Assembly (NCBI RefSeq): GCF_001194135.2
Contig: NC_068998.1
Coordinates: 55,275,012-55,339,011, forward strand
Reading direction: 5' to 3'
DNA from: Octopus bimaculoides
Lineage: Eukaryota
DNA: 64,000 nucleotides
A program made the position numbers and the translations under genes. Positions 1-12,600 of this stretch are shown piece after piece. Position 1 is the first letter of the stretch. The number at the start of each line of letters is the position of its first letter. Under the pieces are notes generated by a model that made no database searches, was not told where the DNA came from, and saw only the letters and a list, made by a program, of their open reading frames with translations.

Positions 1-1448
1 ATTGTTATGCTTTTTGTTGTTATCTTCACAAGAGACTGTTTTGATTGAATTGGGCAGATTTTTTTGGGTAATTAGCTTATTGGTTGTGTTTAATCAATGA
101 CATATATGTATATTGATTTTATTTGTTGTACAGAAGGCATAAGAGTGTTCAATACACCTTTAATTTCAAAGTGTATAAAGTCACCTGTAAGTAACCAGGA
201 TTATAAATCCATGCCATAGGTGTTTGTGCAGCCAACTTTGTCTCATTGGCTTCATTCATTAATAAACACACACACACACACACACACACTTGTTCTCTCG
301 CTCGCTCTCTCAAGGTCTCCCACTGACTTCAACCTTCCATTACTCTCAAATGGTAAACACCAGAGCTGGCTGCTGTTTTTCACATAGTTTCAATCTTTCT
401 CTTCACTAATCTACAGAAATAGATTATGTTGGATAAGAAGGGCAAACTCTGACATGGCCAATTTTGAATTTTTTCTTCTCCAACATTTTGAAGGTGATGG
501 AGATAATCATAAGCCTCCACTTCCAGACCTCTTTTGTTATTTTCAGCCTCTTCTTCCTTATTTACTTTCATTATGGTTTTTATTAATTCAAATTTAGTGG
601 AAAATTGCTCTAATTTGCTCACATGTCTAGCATGATTACAGGTAAATTCACTGCGAAGACAATTCACTGCAAGGAAAGTTTACTGAGAAAATATATCCAT
701 GGTATCTCACCATTAATAGTTAAAAACTATTTTATTGAGAAGAAAAATGGTGAATTGATGGTGAACTTAGCGGACATGATCTAGCACAGTGCCGTTACTC
801 AAACATTGTTGAGCACATCTTAAAAAGAATGTTTGCTCATCCGGTTGTCAAAGCTACCCCCACTGACCCAACACTGAGGTGCTGGCCCTATATATGCCTA
901 CTAGAAACATTCCATCTATCGCTCTACTCCTTTGAATCCAAACACAGGAGACCTTAACCATATTCTGGCATGAGAACTTCCTACTTAAGTTATCTGCTGT
1001 GGATTCCATTATTTTTGATATTGGAATTTTCCAGTTTTAAGTCTTTTTGAGATTTCTCAGTTCCTTGATTTCAAAAGAAAATGACCCTACTTTGGATTAA
1101 TTTCCTCAGACCAAATGTCATGTTTAGAAAGATGGTGGTTATTTTATGGTTTATTAAATAGTAAACTTCTCTCATCAGCAGATTGAAATACCATTTTACT
1201 TATTCCATTTATGAAGATTTGTTTTTGCTTTTTTTCTCAATGAAGATTTGAGACCCTGAAATGCAGTTATTATTTTGTTTCAAATTAAAGTAGTGAATGA
1301 CTTACTAATTACTGCCTAGTTGATATTTTAATGATTTTATGATTTAATTATTGCATTTATTATTTCGATAATTTGCCATTTTTTGATTTGTCTTCTGTAA
1401 TTTTTCTAGCCATTCTTTCTTGACTAAACCCAATCCTTTTCTTTTTAG

Positions 1449-1639
1449 GATGGAGCCTTAAAGCAAACCCCGACCATCACCACTTTCAAGGCTGTCAACC
1501 GTCCCCCATTGGCACGTTCGTCTACATTGCCTACAGCTCAGGTTCCTCCTAGTGTTAACACAGAAATTAATAAGGAACCGGCATCTCTGAAAAACATAAA
1601 AAGACTTAGCTCTAATGATGAATTTCTTACTTTATCAAG
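1449..1639 (+). CDS. CORO2B: Coronin exon (start of unique region): DGALKQTPTITTFKAVNRPPLARSSTLPT...KRLSSNDEFLTLS
   Basis: Acceptor ctttttag| and donor AAG|gtaatt; open frame of 191 nt, phase 0 to 2. The start resembles the region after PVLMSLK in CORO2B (EGY...VFKAP). Confidence 0.7.
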
Positions 1640-2930
1640 GTAATTTGCTTTAATTTTTAAATGCGAAACTCAAATTGAGTTTGAATCATTTAAAAGTGGG
1701 AGAAAAAAAAGTGTGAATTTTTTCTAAGAAAATGGAATGAAAATGTTATGTGTATTGATCAAAAGTTCATCTTTCTCCCACCCTTTTTGTTGTGATTTTC
1801 TTTTGATTGTAGTTGATCAACTTTCACCAGATTTTAATGTTCAAATACTTATGTCTTGAACAAGTTTGTTAATATTTGATTCAAGCATTTTTAATCTTTT
1901 ATTAGACTTATCATCTCAAAGCTAAATAATTTCACATGCTTTCTTTAAAATATTTATAAACTTTCTAATCCAACTGCTTTACAGTGGATTCTTGTGCTTG
2001 AGAAATTTGGTGAAATAGAATTTTTACAAAATTTCTTAACAAAATCTCCTCTGCCCATTTATGTAAGACAAGAAAAGTGTCACATGTTGGTTTAGATGCT
2101 ACCATAACCTACTTGGATATGTGAGTGTTTTTAGATGACACCCAGAACTGCCATTAAAGATGTAGGTTTGAAGCTATGTACATTTTATATGACTCTATAA
2201 AACTACCTGGTCATATTTCACAACAGAATTGATTGTGAGTCAATGTTTGGACATTTTTCACAAGAAATCCTGCCGCTTCTGAAAAAGTGACAATTCCAAC
2301 ATTTCCAGGAAACCTGTTTTTAAATGTTTCAAAATACCAGGAACTGTAACATTTATTGTGAATGACCTGATAAACGGGCTTATCACAGACAGTTAATATC
2401 TGTCAATAAAAATGGGTTTATTAGTAATCTGTTACTAATCTACAATTATCCTAATTAAAGCACTCAGTGTTAATGAAATCTGCCATGGGGCCCTGAATGG
2501 CTGTTTACTGTGGGTCAGTTTTACAAATGGTGAATGGCTAACATTTTAAGTTATGTTTATAGTATATCTTTATTATTTCAATCTGGTTTTCCAAATATAT
2601 TTGGGAATTTCATTAGAAAATATTGAGTAGAAAGACCCTAGTGCTGTTCTTCTCCATCCCAGACTTTAGCCGAGAGAATATTCAGTTTCAGTTTTGCATA
2701 CTTGGATTTTAAGATGACTCCTGCTTGTGGGGTGATTCTCCCACCCTTGATTCACATTCCGTCCTATATGCTGAGGATGCCACTCTATACCTTCCAAATG
2801 CACAAATTATTTCACACACAACTCCACAGAGAATTCAGGAACAACATGCAATAGAAACCTGACAGCTTAGTCTCTCTCTCTCTCTCTCTCTCTCTTTTTC
2901 TCTCTCTCTCTTTCTCTCTCNNNNNNNNNN

Positions 2931-2974
<44 letters not shown>

Positions 2975-5900
2975 TGCAAAAGCAGCAAAATACAGGCTTC
3001 TTTTAGGAAAGTCATTTGCATCACTCCATCTCTCCTCAGGAACAGTTCAATCTTTTATACCGTTTTGAAATTTTGGGCCTAAAAGTCTTTGATAACCTTT
3101 TGTGGAAACCTTGTAATCACTTTGAGGACCACAGACTATTCCTGTCCTGAGTTTCTGTTAACCATTAACAAAATGCATGTGTATTACACATGAGAATTGT
3201 TGCTTATACATGTGAGGCTACATGTGTGTGTGCACACACACACACACAACCTCTTTGCTCATAAAGCTTTTATCACTGATGTTCTTTAGGCACTGGCTCT
3301 CTTTTACAATCTCAAAAATAGTTTCCCCTCTGATTCTGTTATGGTTGTACTTACTTCACATGAAAAAAGTTGCTACACCTGCTTCTCCTGTAATCTTCTT
3401 CTGAGCCACATCACAAAAGTTTTCTGTTCATGTTACCTGGACTTGTTCTATTTTGGGAAATCCATAACTTTCTTAATTAACGTGTACCTCGGAAAGAAGA
3501 GCTGTTTTTTGTAGCTTTCAGACCATTTTTCATTATTTTTCACTCCAGTTTGTTTAAATTACTTCTCTTCACCAGTTTCGTTTTCTTTACAAGATGAAAC
3601 CTTGTTTTCCAGTGATCCTGCAAATAACACCTGTAACATTGAAAACCATGGGGAAGGTGATGTGTCAACAGCCAAGGAATCCGTTAACAAAACCCCTGAA
3701 AAAGTGATGAGGAAGTCTTGGGCTCCATCGTCTAATTCTAGTTCTGCTGATGATGTCACATCAAATGGGATTGTTTCATCGTCACCTGTTGATGTAAGTA
3801 AGAACACCTGGGTAACACCATTCCCTCAATGATAAAAACTCATTAAATACAAACGATTAGAAATGAAGGATTTGAGTAAAACAACCTGAAATGATATTTC
3901 TATCTTTTCACTAAACCATTCTTTGCATTTATGACTTTGAATTGAACTAAAATGTTTTGCTTCAGTTCATTCGAGGCGCGTGTGTGTGTGTATCAATCTT
4001 TTTTAATATTTATTTCTATTTGCTAGTAAGCATGGACAGTATTGAATTTGACTGAGTATCTGACCGGATGTGATGTGTTTAATCTCCAGGCTGTCAATAT
4101 ATTCATGCATTTAATTTTAAACTGTAAAAATCTAGACATTTAAGATGACATTAGCAAAAAAGATTTGATAATAGCTGTTTAATCCATAATCCTGGATTCC
4201 CCTCTCCTACCTCCTAACTCTATACATATGTAAAAAGGAAGGCTTTGAGATTCCCAATGAAAAGAAGGAGTCGGGAATGGCTGAAGCGGAAGGCAAAAGA
4301 ATTGAAGATGTTGATGATGTGGTCGATGTGATTGAACAGTTTACCAGGAAAAGTGAGAGAAGCTGATCTATGCATTTAGAAATAAGGGTTTTCATAAAAT
4401 GGTTTTGTTTATTTAATGAGATTAATAATATTCAGTATTTATTGCAACCAGTTTTGTTGATATTAGATATTAGAATTCTTTTACTAGTTTCAGTCATTCT
4501 ATTACAGCCATGTCTTGTAATTCTACCTTCAAAGGATTTTATTGATGTGAATGGTTTGTCATTAAAAAAAGACACCCCCCCCCCCCCCNNNNNNNNNNNN
4601 NNNNNNNNNNNNNNNNNNNNNNNNNNNNNNNNNNNNNNNNNNNNNNNNNNNNNNNNNNNNNNNNNNNNNNNNNNNNNNNNNNNNNNNNNNNNNNNNNNNN
4701 NNNNNNNNNNNNNNNNNNNNNNNNNNNNNNNNNNNNNNNNNNNNNNNNNNNNNNNNNNNNNNNNNNNNNNNNNNNNNNNNNNNNNNNNNNNNNNNNNNNN
4801 NNNNNNNNNNNNNNNNNNNNNNNNNNNNNNNNNNNNNNNNNNNNNNNNNNNNNNNNNNNNNNNNNNNNNNNNNNNNNNNNNNNNNNNNNNNNNNNNNNNN
4901 NNNNNNNNNNNNNNNNNNNNNNNNNNNNNNNNNNNNNNNNNNNNNNNNNNNNNNNNNNNNNNNNNNNNNNNNNNNNNNNNNNNNNNNNNNNNNNNNNNNN
5001 NNNNNNNNNNNNNNNNNNNNNNNNNNNNNNNNNNNNNNNNNNNNNNNNNNNNNNNNNNNNNNNNNNNNNNNNNNNNNNNNNNNNNNNNNNNNNNNNNNNN
5101 NNNNNNNNNNNNNNNNNNNNNNNNNNNNNNNNNNNNNNNNNNNNNNNNNNNNNNNNNNNNNNNNNNNNNNNNNNNNNNNNNNNNNNNNNNNNNNNNNNNN
5201 NNNNNNNNNNNNNNNNNNNNNNNNNNNNNNNNNNNNNNNNNNNNNNNNNNACCAAGGAAAAGAAGAAATAAAAATTCTCAAGAAATAGACAAAAGGTGTA
5301 TTCTCTGAAATTTGTGATATTTTCTTGAATGGAGAGAAGAATGCTTAACTTGTAGATGTAGCAGTTAAAAATGTCCTCATCTAATTTAGTACATTCATAC
5401 TGTTATGTATTGTATATTCATATATGTGTGTGTGTGTGTGTATATATATATATGTGTGTGTATATATATATATATATATTAAGAATAACGAGAAATAGGA
5501 GAGGTAATTAATAAAATTATTTATTAATTATAAAATATGACAACATCTCTGTTTTGATTAAAAAATCTTTAGATAATTAATTTAAAAATGAAAATCCTTA
5601 ATAAGATGAGTTAACGGTTTTATAGCTGTTATCTCAACATGTATTTCTAATCTGTATATCCTTACTACTTCTGAAGAGATTCATCCTATAATGATTTTAA
5701 TTTTTTAATTAATTACGTTAAGATTTCTGAATTGAAACAGCTGTCAGAGATGTTATCATATTTTATAATTGATAAGTAATTGTATTAATTACCTCTCCAT
5801 TTTCTCCTTATTCCTTAAATATATGAACCACGGTTTATATGGTTACATTATAGTTGAACTTTCTATAGATTGGGAACTAACCAGTATTTTCATTGGATTT

Positions 5901-6574
5901 ATGATCCCTTAATCAGGTTTATTACCTTTACTTGAGTTATATATATATATATATATCATCATCATCATCATCATCGTTTAACGTCCGCTTTCCATGCTAG
6001 CATGGGTTGGACGATTTGACTGAGGACTGGTGAACCAGATGGCTACACCAGGCTCCAATCTGATCTGGCAGATATCATCATCATCGTTTAACGTCCGCTT
6101 TCCATGCTAGCATGGGTTGGACGATTTGACTGAGGACTGGTGAAACCGGATGGCAACACCAGGCTCCAGTCTGATTTGGCAGAGTTTCTACAGCTGGATG
6201 CCCTTCCTAACGCCAACCACTCAGAGAGTGTAGTGGGTGCTTTTACGTGNNNNNNNNNNNNNNNNNNNNNNNNNNNNNNNNNNNNNNNNNNNNNNNNNNN
6301 NNNNNNNNNNNNNNNNNNNNNNNNNNNNNNNNNNNNNNNNNNNNNNNNNNNNNNNNNNNNNNNNNNNNNNNNNNNNNNNNNNNNNNNNNNNNNNNNNNNN
6401 NNNNNNNNNNNNNNNNNNNNNNNNNNNNNNNNNNNNNNNNNNNNNNNNNNNNNNNNNNNNNNNNNNNNNNNNNNNNNNNNNNNNNNNNNNNNNNNNNNNN
6501 NNNNNNNNNNNNNNNNNNNNNNNNNNNNNNNNNNNNNNNNNNNNNNNNCGAAGGTCTTGCCTCACCACCTCATG

Positions 6575-6625
<51 letters not shown>

Positions 6626-9600
6626 ACACACACAAATTGTGTTCGTTTCATTGAATGCAGTATATTTCTTTAATACAGTTTTGTAGCTCAGTCGTTTAAC
6701 TCTTTTGGTCATATCCCGTTTCAATCATAATCTCTACTGTTAATCCCATTTGTTTTAAAACACCTTAGGGTTTAATATCTTTAATCTTTTGGAGTGAAAT
6801 TTTGTCTGTGAAAAGTAAAGAATCTGGGTTCATGGGATTTATATTATTGTAGATTATCCAGTGTGTTTTGAGTGTGAAACACATAAACATGACACATGTA
6901 CAAGTTAAATGAAGATTATTGGATTCCATTTTGAATTGTTTTACATTTATATTTGTTTAGGGTACACAATCTTAGTTGGAATATTTAAGGTTTCTTTGGG
7001 ACAAATTATTGCTGAATATATTTAGTGTCCATTCTTATATTTATTCATACTACTGATTATCTTTACTCTTCAGAATTCTCTGCCATTTGACCAAAATCTA
7101 AGAGAATGTAGTCAAGAAATTCCAGACTTGCTTCAATCATGTCAATCTGAAAATTTAACTGAAATAATTGATGCAGAATCCAAAATTGATACAAACAATG
7201 GTCTGGAACCAGAAAATATTCATTCTACACCTGCTGTCTTTAAGTCAAATATTAATTTGACATTTTCTTCTGAAACTAAATCAGTTGAAAGTGATGTACG
7301 AGTAAGTGCTTCCAATTAGTGCTTATGTTCCCCCAAATAATACTTTACAAGCAATGCTGTTGCTTAATCTAGTAGACTTAGTATCTACAAGATCAATATT
7401 TCAACTGACCGTTTCTCTTTTTTTTAAACTGTTGCATTAATCCCAACAATAAATTATGAAATTTAATCTAATATCAACTTTATCATCAGACTAACTGGCT
7501 TTTGGATAAAAACTCTCAATGTTTTTATCAAACCATAATATGTAATACTAACAAGAGTTTAACATTATAGCTGCTATTTTACATTTCATTTAGTGTAACC
7601 AATATCAGTAGCAAATGGAACCATTTGCACGAGATTCAATTCTAATAATGGTTTCCTCCAACTCTCTTTCATGGTTAATATTTGGAGAGAAAGACGACTG
7701 GAAATGTTTATCAATAATTTCACTGTCTGAAATATTAAGTAGAATGCTTAAATATTTGATAGTCAGAGGGAATAAGCTTAGGGAATCATACAAAGAAATG
7801 GATTAGAAATAACAACATGCTAAGCACTTTGGTCATAAATTTTGTGCTGGCAACAATACAGAATAAGATATGTTTAATAGCTCTGAAATGTATTTGGAAA
7901 TATTTAGAATAAATACATTTTAATGCTGATAGAAGTTCTAAAAATGTTGTTGGAAAAAACCAAAAAACAAACTAGAATTTAACGGTAAAGTGTTGGTTAA
8001 AAAAGTTAAATCATGCTTCACTGAAGAAGTTTACTTTGATTGAAACATGTCCTGGTACATCTGGGAAGGATAGAAGTATAGGTTTCTTAGAAATACTAGT
8101 TAGCTTCGTTTCAGTATCAAAAATATTATTTTCNNNNNNNNNNNNNNNNNNNNNNNNNNNNNNNNNNNNNNNNNNNNNNNNNNNNNNNNNNNNNNNNNNN
8201 NNNNNNNNNNNNNNNNNNNNNNNNNNNNNNNNNNNNNNNNNNNNNNNNNNNNNNNNNNNNNNNNNNNNNNNNNNNNNNNNNNNNNNNNNNNNNNNNNNNN
8301 NNNNNNNNNNNNNNNNNNNNNNNNNNNNNNNNNNNNNNNNNNNNNNNNNNNNNNNNNNNNNNNNNNNNNNNNNNNNNNNNNNNNNNNNNNNNNNNNNNNN
8401 NNNNNNNNNNNNNNNNNNNNNNNNNNNNNNNNNNNNNNNNNNNNNNNNNNNNNNNNNNNNNNNNNNNNNNNNNNNNNNNNNNNNNNNNNNNNNNNNNNNN
8501 NNNNNNNNNNNNNNNNNNNNNNNNNNNNNNNNNNNNNNNNNNNNNNNNNNNNNNNNNNNNNNNNNNNNNNNNNNNNNNNNNNNNNNNNNNNNNNNNNNNN
8601 NNNNNNNNNNNNNNNNNNNNNNNNNNNNNNNNNNNNNNNNNNNNNNNNNNNNNNNNNNNNNTTATGTAATTTTTTAGTTGAATAATTTAGAGGTGGTTTA
8701 TTTGATAAGAAAATCATCAAATACTAACGTTTTGTTTATTTTAATATTTACTCCGAAGCTATTAATATATGTCTGTGTTCTTAGAATTTAAATTAATTTA
8801 TTCTTATATTAATCACGTTACAAAATTTAACAAGTTTCATTTCTAAACCAACAAATAACTTGTTGCATTCACATTCTGAAATAATCAGCCAAAATCTCAG
8901 TTGTTGGAATTTGAGTAAATTTTCTTTATTGAATTTTTATGGGTTTTTTTTTTTTTTTTTTTTACATTAACTTTTTGTTAGTCCTTTTTAAAAAGTCACA
9001 CTTCTGGTATAAATGTTAATCTCTATATTGTTATGTCATGTTACTAATATTTCATTTTACTGAATAATATTTCCATGAATAACATAATTGCGTAGAAGAG
9101 ACTAAGCCATCAAACCCTCTTTGTACCTGTTGGATTTCAGGATCAGTACAAAGTGTACCCCACCCCTCCCTTTTAATGTTAGAATAGATTGATACTTTTA
9201 GTATGAACTCATCATCATCATCATCATCATACATCTGTTTTTCCATGTTGTCATGTGCTGGATGAGATATTTCTTATTATTGTGATGAGTGAAGATGTAT
9301 ATCAGAGGCTGAATCCTTTCTATCAAGCTATAACTACACATAGCATTTGCATATTTCCCTTGTTACTAAAATGTCATCATCATCATTTAACGTCTGCCTT
9401 TCATGCTAGCATGGGTGGGACAGTTTCACAAGAGCCAGCCAGGCAGAAGCCTGTACCAGACTTCTCTTACTAAAATGCCAGCTCTGCTATATTCCTTTCT
9501 AATTTTGGCACAAGGCCAGTAATTTCGTTGGGATGGGAGTCAATTACATTGACACCAGTATTTGACTGGTACTTATTTTATAAGCCTAAAAATATAAAAA

Positions 9601-12600
9601 AGGCTGAGTTGATCATGGCAGTATTTGAACTCACAATGCCATATTAACATTAGAATACAAAAGCTAAATCACTAAAAACGTTGTTTGCATGTTGGTTGAA
9701 AGTAAAATGTTGTTGGTCTCCAGGAATATTTCCTTAGAGTAAGATTCTGTTCATCTTGTAATCCGCCGATTCTTGTGGCTATGAAGATTCTCACTGGAAG
9801 TAGAAGACATAATCTAAATAGACTCAATGTAGTGAATTGGTCAAGAGGGGTTAGGTTTTTGTGTTGATGGGCTTCATTAACCCTTCCAGAGTCGTATCTA
9901 TGGTTTGTTTTAAACTTAAAATAGAGAGCCCCTGTTTTTCTAAGGGGACAGTCTTCTCCATTTATTTCCAGTTAATTATTAATTAATGAATGTAGACCTC
10001 ACTCAGGTTAGGACAAATAAACCAACTGAAGTATTTTCAATGTCCTAAAGAAACAACAATAACAACATCTCAAGAAACTTTTCTAAATCCATGTTTTTCT
10101 GTAAACTGTAAAAAAAGGTTGAATTTTAGACTAGTTTTGCTCTACCGGATATGTTATTTGCTTTTAAAGGATATTTTAGACAATTTTATAGGGAAATATT
10201 GAACGTCAACTGATTGTATTCGCTGATTAGTCTGTTTGATTTCAAATATTCAACAAGAACTTATTTCTACAAGTTTAAACTTTCCGTTTTTATTGAAATC
10301 TTTAAATTTTTCAATTTCTGCTGTTCTTCTTTTTGATTCTGTCAGAAGTAACAGATTGTTTTCTTATACTCGGCAGAATCAGCCTCACTCTGCTGGTAGC
10401 TTCCCAATTTACTAGTCTTGCAATGTTCTAACTTGGAATTTTCCTGTTGAAAGAAAACATAATATTCACTTATTACAAAACTGTCTGTTTGTCATCATCA
10501 TCATCATCAGTATCACCACCTTCACCATCATCACCACTACCATCATCATCATCATTGTATAAACTTTATATTGAAAAGATTTTTTAAAATTCTTGATTAA
10601 AAGAGTCTTTTAGATCAAGATATTTAATTCTAAGCAAGTATTTAGATAATATGTAATCGTTAAAAAATTGTTTATTTTAGAAATTAATTACAAAAACCAA
10701 GGTAAGTGTAGATTCAAATTGATTGAATTCGAACAAGTGTCAACTGCATGTTCCATCAATATCGGTTGCATCATTTTAGTGAATACCAGAGTGTGACGTT
10801 TTGACATTGTTTCTTTCTGGAGTGTGTCTACGAGGGGTTTGCCATTCCAACTGGACAATTTCCAAACCTATTTGTCTATCTATTTACCTTTCTATTGATC
10901 TGTTCATCTTTCTATTGATCTGTGTGTACACAAAGAGGAAATATGTTAAAAAATGCTTTTACAGTTTATCAAGTTTTCTCTAAAGGAGACAAGATAATAT
11001 TTTCAAATTGCTAATTACCAATTAATTAAGCAAGTGACCAACTGAGGAATTTCTTATTAAATCTCATCTCAAGTTTATCATTTCTTCTCCCTTTATGCAT
11101 GCTCCTCTTTAATTCTACTAAAACTAAAATTCCTTCTTTTATTTTATATTGTAAATTGTTTGTTTGTCATTAAATGACTTCTATTTCCAGATCAATGACA
11201 TAATGTGTGCGTGTGTGTGTGTGTTTGTGTCTGTGCATGGTTTCATTGTGAAAGCAATTAAACACTTTGAAATAATCTCATATAATCAATTTATTTCAGA
11301 ATTTTCTGTTTTACTTAAGTAAAGATTTTTAGAAATTTAAATTAACACATTTCAAAATTGCATTTATTAANNNNNNNNNNNNNNNNNNNNNNNNNNNNNN
11401 NNNNNNNNNNNNNNNNNNNNNNNNNNNNNNNNNNNNNNNNNNNNNNNNNNNNNNNNNNNNNNNNNNNNNNNNNNNNNNNNNNNNNNNNNNNNNNNNNNNN
11501 NNNNNNNNNNNNNNNNNNNNNNNNNNNNNNNNNNNNNNNNNNNNNNNNNNNNNNNNNNNNNNNNNNNNNNNNNNNNNNNNNNNNNNNNNNNNNNNNNNNN
11601 NNNNNNNNNNNNNNNNNNNNNNNNNNNNNNNNNNNNNNNNNNNNNNNNNNNNNNNNNNNNNNNNNNNNNNNNNNNNNNNNNNNNNNNNNNNNNNNNNNNN
11701 NNNNNNNNNNNNNNNNNNNNNNNNNNNNNNNNNNNNNNNNNNNNNNNNNNNNNNNNNNNNNNNCTTGTTGTTGATGTTTTATTGACCTTTTATTGACATT
11801 GAGATGTTTTATGCTTTCACTGTGCTTTAGAAAAGTGTTTCTAGACATTATTATTTTTTTTTTTCCAACCATTTTCTTTTTTTGTTTTTTCTTCTATTCT
11901 GTGCTTGCTGTTTGGTCATCTTAATTCTGTTTATGACATTGTTGAGCAAATAGTTAAAAAAAAAAAAAGCACACTTTAATATTATGTATAATTTTTAATC
12001 TGGGTTTAATTAAGGAGAAACAATAATTTGCAATACACATATATAACTAATTGAAAGTACTCTCATTATGAAATTGCTTCTTGGAATGGGTTGGAGATTA
12101 TTGTAGAAATCACCAAAAATTTTTTTGTTCTTGTCACCTTTTGATGGGATTGAAATTTTTAATTATAATTTAAGACTATTCATAAATTAAAGAAATTGCT
12201 AAAGAAGTTCTGTAAAGTCCTTGTATATATTTCTTTATTATTATTTTGACAAGTATATTTGTCACTGTTAGTCTAAGTGGGTATTTTGATGAGAATATTC
12301 AAGAGACATCTATGGACTGTCACTGATGACTTAAACTTTCATATCAGATGGAGGGAAATTTAATTTAGTAAAAACTTATTATTACTCTTTAAGTTTTCCC
12401 CATGTCTTTACAGCTAAGGGATCTCCTCAGCCATTGAAAGTTAAGTATTTTATTTCTAATAACACAACGATCAGATTATTAAATTCTGAAATCTTTAGTT
12501 TGTAGTCTAGCATCTTTTGATTGCCAGTTGCAAAAATTGGTTATCTTAAGGAATTCATAAAAACAATTTTCATAGAAATGAAGTTTGATTGCAGTTTGCA

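Noticed and set aside
134-186. Exon-like segment (tgttgtacag|...|gtaagt; GIRVFNTPLISKCIKSP)
   Set aside because: Good splice signals, but no frame resembles the coronin sequence expected before 1449 (DIYP...PAL...W...P.L.SLK). It cannot be supported without transcripts.
380-667. 95-aa minus-strand ORF and nearby AATTCAC/GTGAATT inverted motifs at 645-770
   Set aside because: No recognisable domain and no clear splice pair. It may be a decayed DNA-transposon end, but this is too weak to call.
10825-10870. VYEGFAIP, resembling the actin/ARP motif PIYEGYALP
   Set aside because: The flanks do not continue as actin, the frame closes, and there is no usable exon; probably chance.
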